64,000 nt of DNA from an uncultured Chloroflexia bacterium (GTDB lineage Bacteria; Chloroflexota; Limnocylindria; Limnocylindrales; CSP1-4). The DNA lies in NCBI GenBank assembly GCA_963772995.1, contig CAVYZQ010000013.1, forward strand, positions 3,294-67,293, read 5' to 3'. The notes under the pieces were generated by a model. It did not search any database. It was not told where the DNA came from and saw nothing but the letters and a program-made list of their open reading frames with translations. Position numbers and translations under genes: made by a program. This document shows positions 61,106 through 64,000 of the stretch, one piece after another. Within the stretch, counting starts at the first letter, position 1. Each line of letters begins with the position of its first letter.

Positions 61106-63357
61106 CGGGCGGGCCCTCCAGGACGACCAGGGCGTCGACGGCGATGGGGCCCGACGCGGACGCGATCACCGGGTTGAGGTCGACCTCGAGGATGTCGGGC
61201 CGCTCGGTGCCGAGACGCCCGAGCGTCACGATCATCGAGGCAACAGCGCCGCGGTCCACCGCAGAACCACCCCGAACCCCACGCAGCAGCCGGCTGGCCC
61301 GAAGGTCGTCGAGCATGGCCTCGGCGGTCTCCGCATCGACCGGGGCGAGTCGGATGGCGACGTCGTCGAGGACCTCCGCGAGAGTCCCGCCGACGCCGAC
61401 CAGCACCGCGGGTCCGAACTGCGGATCACGACGAAGCCCGAGGATGAGCTCGACACCCGGTCGGGCCATCGGCTCGACCAGGAGGCCGCGAACCGCGAGC
61501 CGGCGGCGTCGCCCCGTCTCGAGCAGCGTCAGGGCGGCCGAATAGACCGCGTCGTCGCCGTGGAGGCCGAGCGCGACCGCGCCCATATCGGTCTTGTGGG
61601 TGAGCCCCTCGGCATCGAGCTTCAGCGCGACGCGATGGCCGATCCGGCGGGCCGCAGCGACCGCCGCTGCCGCGTCCGGGACGGAGAACGCCTCGGTGAC
61701 CGGCAGCCCGGCGGCCCCGAGGAAGGCGAGGCTGTCGCGCTCGGACAGCGACACCGAGCCGCGGGCCGGGGCCGGCGCGTGTCGCGCCTCGAGGCCGTAC
61801 GAGGTCCGATCGGCCGCGACTGCCGGCCAGCTCGCTCGCCACGGCCCGGCCGTGAGACGGCGCTCGTGGCGACGCTCCCAACGGGCGACCTCCGCGATCG
61901 CCCTGAACGCCTCCAGGGCTCCGCGCAGCATCGGCGTGCCGCCACCGGCCTCATCGAGGACCGCCTTCGTCTCGGGCGGTGGCTCGCCCGAGGTCAGCGA
62001 AACGTACACCGGCAGGATCGACGGTGCGCTCGCGCGTCGCTTCCAGCAACTGGCGGCTGACCTCGTTCGCCGCCTCCACCTCCGACGGCAGCGAGCGGTA
62101 CGGGAAGTCGTAGACCGCCGCGAGGACGTCGTACTCGCCAGACGCCGCCATGGCCTCGAAGCAGGCACGGTAGGCGGTCGCCGTGTCGGACGCACCCCAC
62201 GGGTCGAGCGGGTTGCCGACATAGCCCATCGTCGGCAGCGCGGCTGAGATCGCCGAGCGGGCGGACGGCGGGATCGGCGGGAGGTCGACGCCGGTGCGCG
62301 ACGCCATGTCGGCGATGAGCGACGCCTCGCCCGTCGAGACGGTCACGACGCCCGTTCGGCCTCGTCCGACCCGGCGGCCAGTGCGTCGCGCACCCTCGAC
62401 GAGCTCGGCCGTCTCGAGGAGCTCGTCGAGGTCACGGCAGCGGATGACGCCTGCCGCATCGAGCGCCGCATCGGTCACCCGGGCCTCGCCCGCGAGCGAC
62501 CCCGTGTGGGCGACGGCGGCGGCCTGCGCCTGGTCGCTCCGGCCGACCTTGACGGCGATGATCGGCTTCCCGAGCTCCAGCGCGCGATCGGCGAGGGCGA
62601 GGAAGCGTTCGGGCCGTTTGAACCCCTCGACGAACAGGATGACCGACGACGTCTCCGGGTCGTCGAGGCAGTAGGCGAGGTAGTCGCAGACGTCGAGGAC
62701 GACCTCCGAGCCGCAGCTGACGATCCGCGAGAACCCGATGCGATTCCCCGAGTGGACGAACGCGTCGGTGACCGATCCGGACTGGGCGATCCCGGCGACG
62801 CCGCCTCGAGGCAGGTACGGCGACACGTCGCCGATGTACGTCGCGCTGTTCGAGGTCAGGTCGATGACGCCCATGCAGTTGGGGCCGACGAGAGCGAGGC
62901 CGTGCTCGCGGCCGATCCGGCCGACCTCGGCCTGCATGGCCGCGGCCGCCTCGCCACCCTCGACCACTCCGCCGCCCGGGATGATGACGGCCGGCACTCC
63001 AGCCGCGGCCGCCGCCTCGGTGACCGATGCCGCGCGCAGCGGATTGAGGGCCACGATCACGACGTCCGGTCGTTCGGGGAGGTCGTCGAGCGAGGGATAG
63101 CACGGCTGCCCGTGGAGCTCCTCGTAGTTGGGGTTGACGAAGTGGCATCGGGTGGCGCTGCCCATCGCCCGGAGGTTGTCGCGGACGGTCCCGGCGATCC
63201 ATGAGCGCGGCGAGGCGCCCACCACGGCGATGCTCGTCGGCGCGAACAGCGGCCTCAGGTCGATGGTGCCGCCGGTCTGGGTGACCGACCGGCGCCCCCG
63301 GTGCCGTTGTCGCTGCGAGTGCGGTCGTCGTAGGGGACGTGGTCGCCGAGGCGTCGC
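61092..63357 (-). pseudogene. NDP-forming acyl-CoA synthetase (CoA-binding plus succinyl-CoA-synthetase-like plus ATP-grasp domains), frameshift near 61960-62220; start uncertain
   Basis: The alpha part is in ORF 61951..63936 (TIDLRPLFAPTSIAVVGASPRS..., LVGPNCMGVI, AQSGS). The ATP-grasp beta part is in ORF 61092..62222. Confidence 0.7.
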
Positions 63358-63398
63358 CGACAGAGGGACATCCGGCAGGACCTGCTCCTCCCCTGTCG

Positions 63399-64000
63399 TC
63401 ACCCGACCACCTGCCCCACGCCGCGCTTCTCGAGGGCGCGGGCGACGATCATCCGCTGGATCTCCGAGGTCCCCTCCCAGATCCGGTCCACGCGCAGCTC
63501 GCGCAGGTAGCGCTCGGGCGCGTACTCGCGCATGTACCCGCGACCACCGAACACCTGGACGACGCGGTCCGCGCAGCGCCACGCCGCCTCCGACGCGAAC
63601 AGCTTCGCGAGTGACGCCTTCGCGTGGACGACCTTGCGGTCGGCGCCCGAGTCGGCGAGCCAGGCGCACTCGCGGGTGAGCAACCGCGCCGCGGACGCGT
63701 CGGCGGCCGAATCCGCCAGCGGAAAGCTGACTCCCTGGAAGTCGTAGATGCGCTGCCCGAACTGGATCCGCTCCGGTCGCCCACTCGACTGCCAGGCCGA
63801 GGAGCCGCTCCATGGCGCCGGTGCAGCGCGCCGCGATGTGGATCCGCTCCTCCACGAACCAGTCGTTGGTCAGCTCGTCCGCCCGGCCCACCCCGCCGAG
63901 GACCGCCGACGCCGGCACCCGCACGTCGCCCAGCACGAACTGCGGATGGCGGTCGGCGAACGTGTGGGTGTAGTCCGGGTCGTGCTTGAGGGTCAGGCCG
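63399..64000 (-). pseudogene. Acyl-CoA dehydrogenase, C-terminal part (gene continues beyond window end); 1-bp insertion at about 63773-63776
   Basis: The C-terminal domain has ...KLFASEAAWRCADRVVQVFGGRGYMREYAPERYLRELRVDRIWEGTSEIQRMIVARAL. Upstream, ...VEWAT/ERIQFGQ are joined only after removing one G in GACCGGAGCGG. Confidence 0.7.

Overview
This is a high-GC (about 70%) bacterial chromosomal segment with Actinobacteria/Chloroflexi-like codon usage. The six-frame ORF track is dominated by overlapping antisense ORFs, so calls rest on recognisable protein motifs.

The window has three parts:
- Left third (1-19 kb): housekeeping and metabolic genes. These are a MoCo-sulfurase-like aminotransferase fragment, a Crp/Fnr regulator, an AMP-forming acyl-CoA synthetase, an ABC-2 exporter, gpt, a BNR-repeat protein, a MoaD-like protein, an M1 aminopeptidase, a KamD-like protein, a MoaD-MoaE fusion, an O-methyltransferase and an MBL hydrolase.
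- Middle (about 19-60 kb): two decayed IS transposase remnants at 19.3-20.6 kb (with 20.65-21.34 kb unassigned) and 30.2-30.5 kb, and a large cell-surface glycan region. The glycan region carries a priming sugar phosphotransferase, UDP-glucose dehydrogenase plus UDP-xylose synthase, RfbF (CDP-glucose), two SAM C-methyltransferase paralogs, an RmlC-like epimerase, SDR/epimerase reductases, GT2/GT4/WecB glycosyltransferases, an FkbM methyltransferase, a PIG-L deacetylase, a Wzx flippase, a Wzy-like polymerase and a Wzz/BY-kinase. Interleaved with these are big secreted proteins. These are a DUF11 protein with 5 tandem 360-bp repeats, a protein with a signal peptide, CWB2 cell-wall-binding repeats, a PT linker and a right-handed beta-helix, an intact paralog of that beta-helix protein, and a roughly 1580-aa protein with GSDH beta-propeller, LamG, PKD and FN3/Ig domains.
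- Right end (60-64 kb): enoyl-CoA hydratase, an NDP-forming acyl-CoA synthetase and an acyl-CoA dehydrogenase.

The most striking observations are:
- A roughly 340-bp stretch is about 99% identical, in inverted orientation, inside the two beta-helix paralogs 5 kb apart.
- The CWB2-anchored beta-helix and glycosylation locus is a candidate novel surface glycoconjugate system.
- About 35 reading-frame disruptions are spread over most long genes. Most look like random 1-bp indels, one in a GGGG run, which points to assembly or read errors. A clean 7-bp tandem duplication in the M1 peptidase looks like a real mutation. This must be resolved before any pseudogene claims are made.
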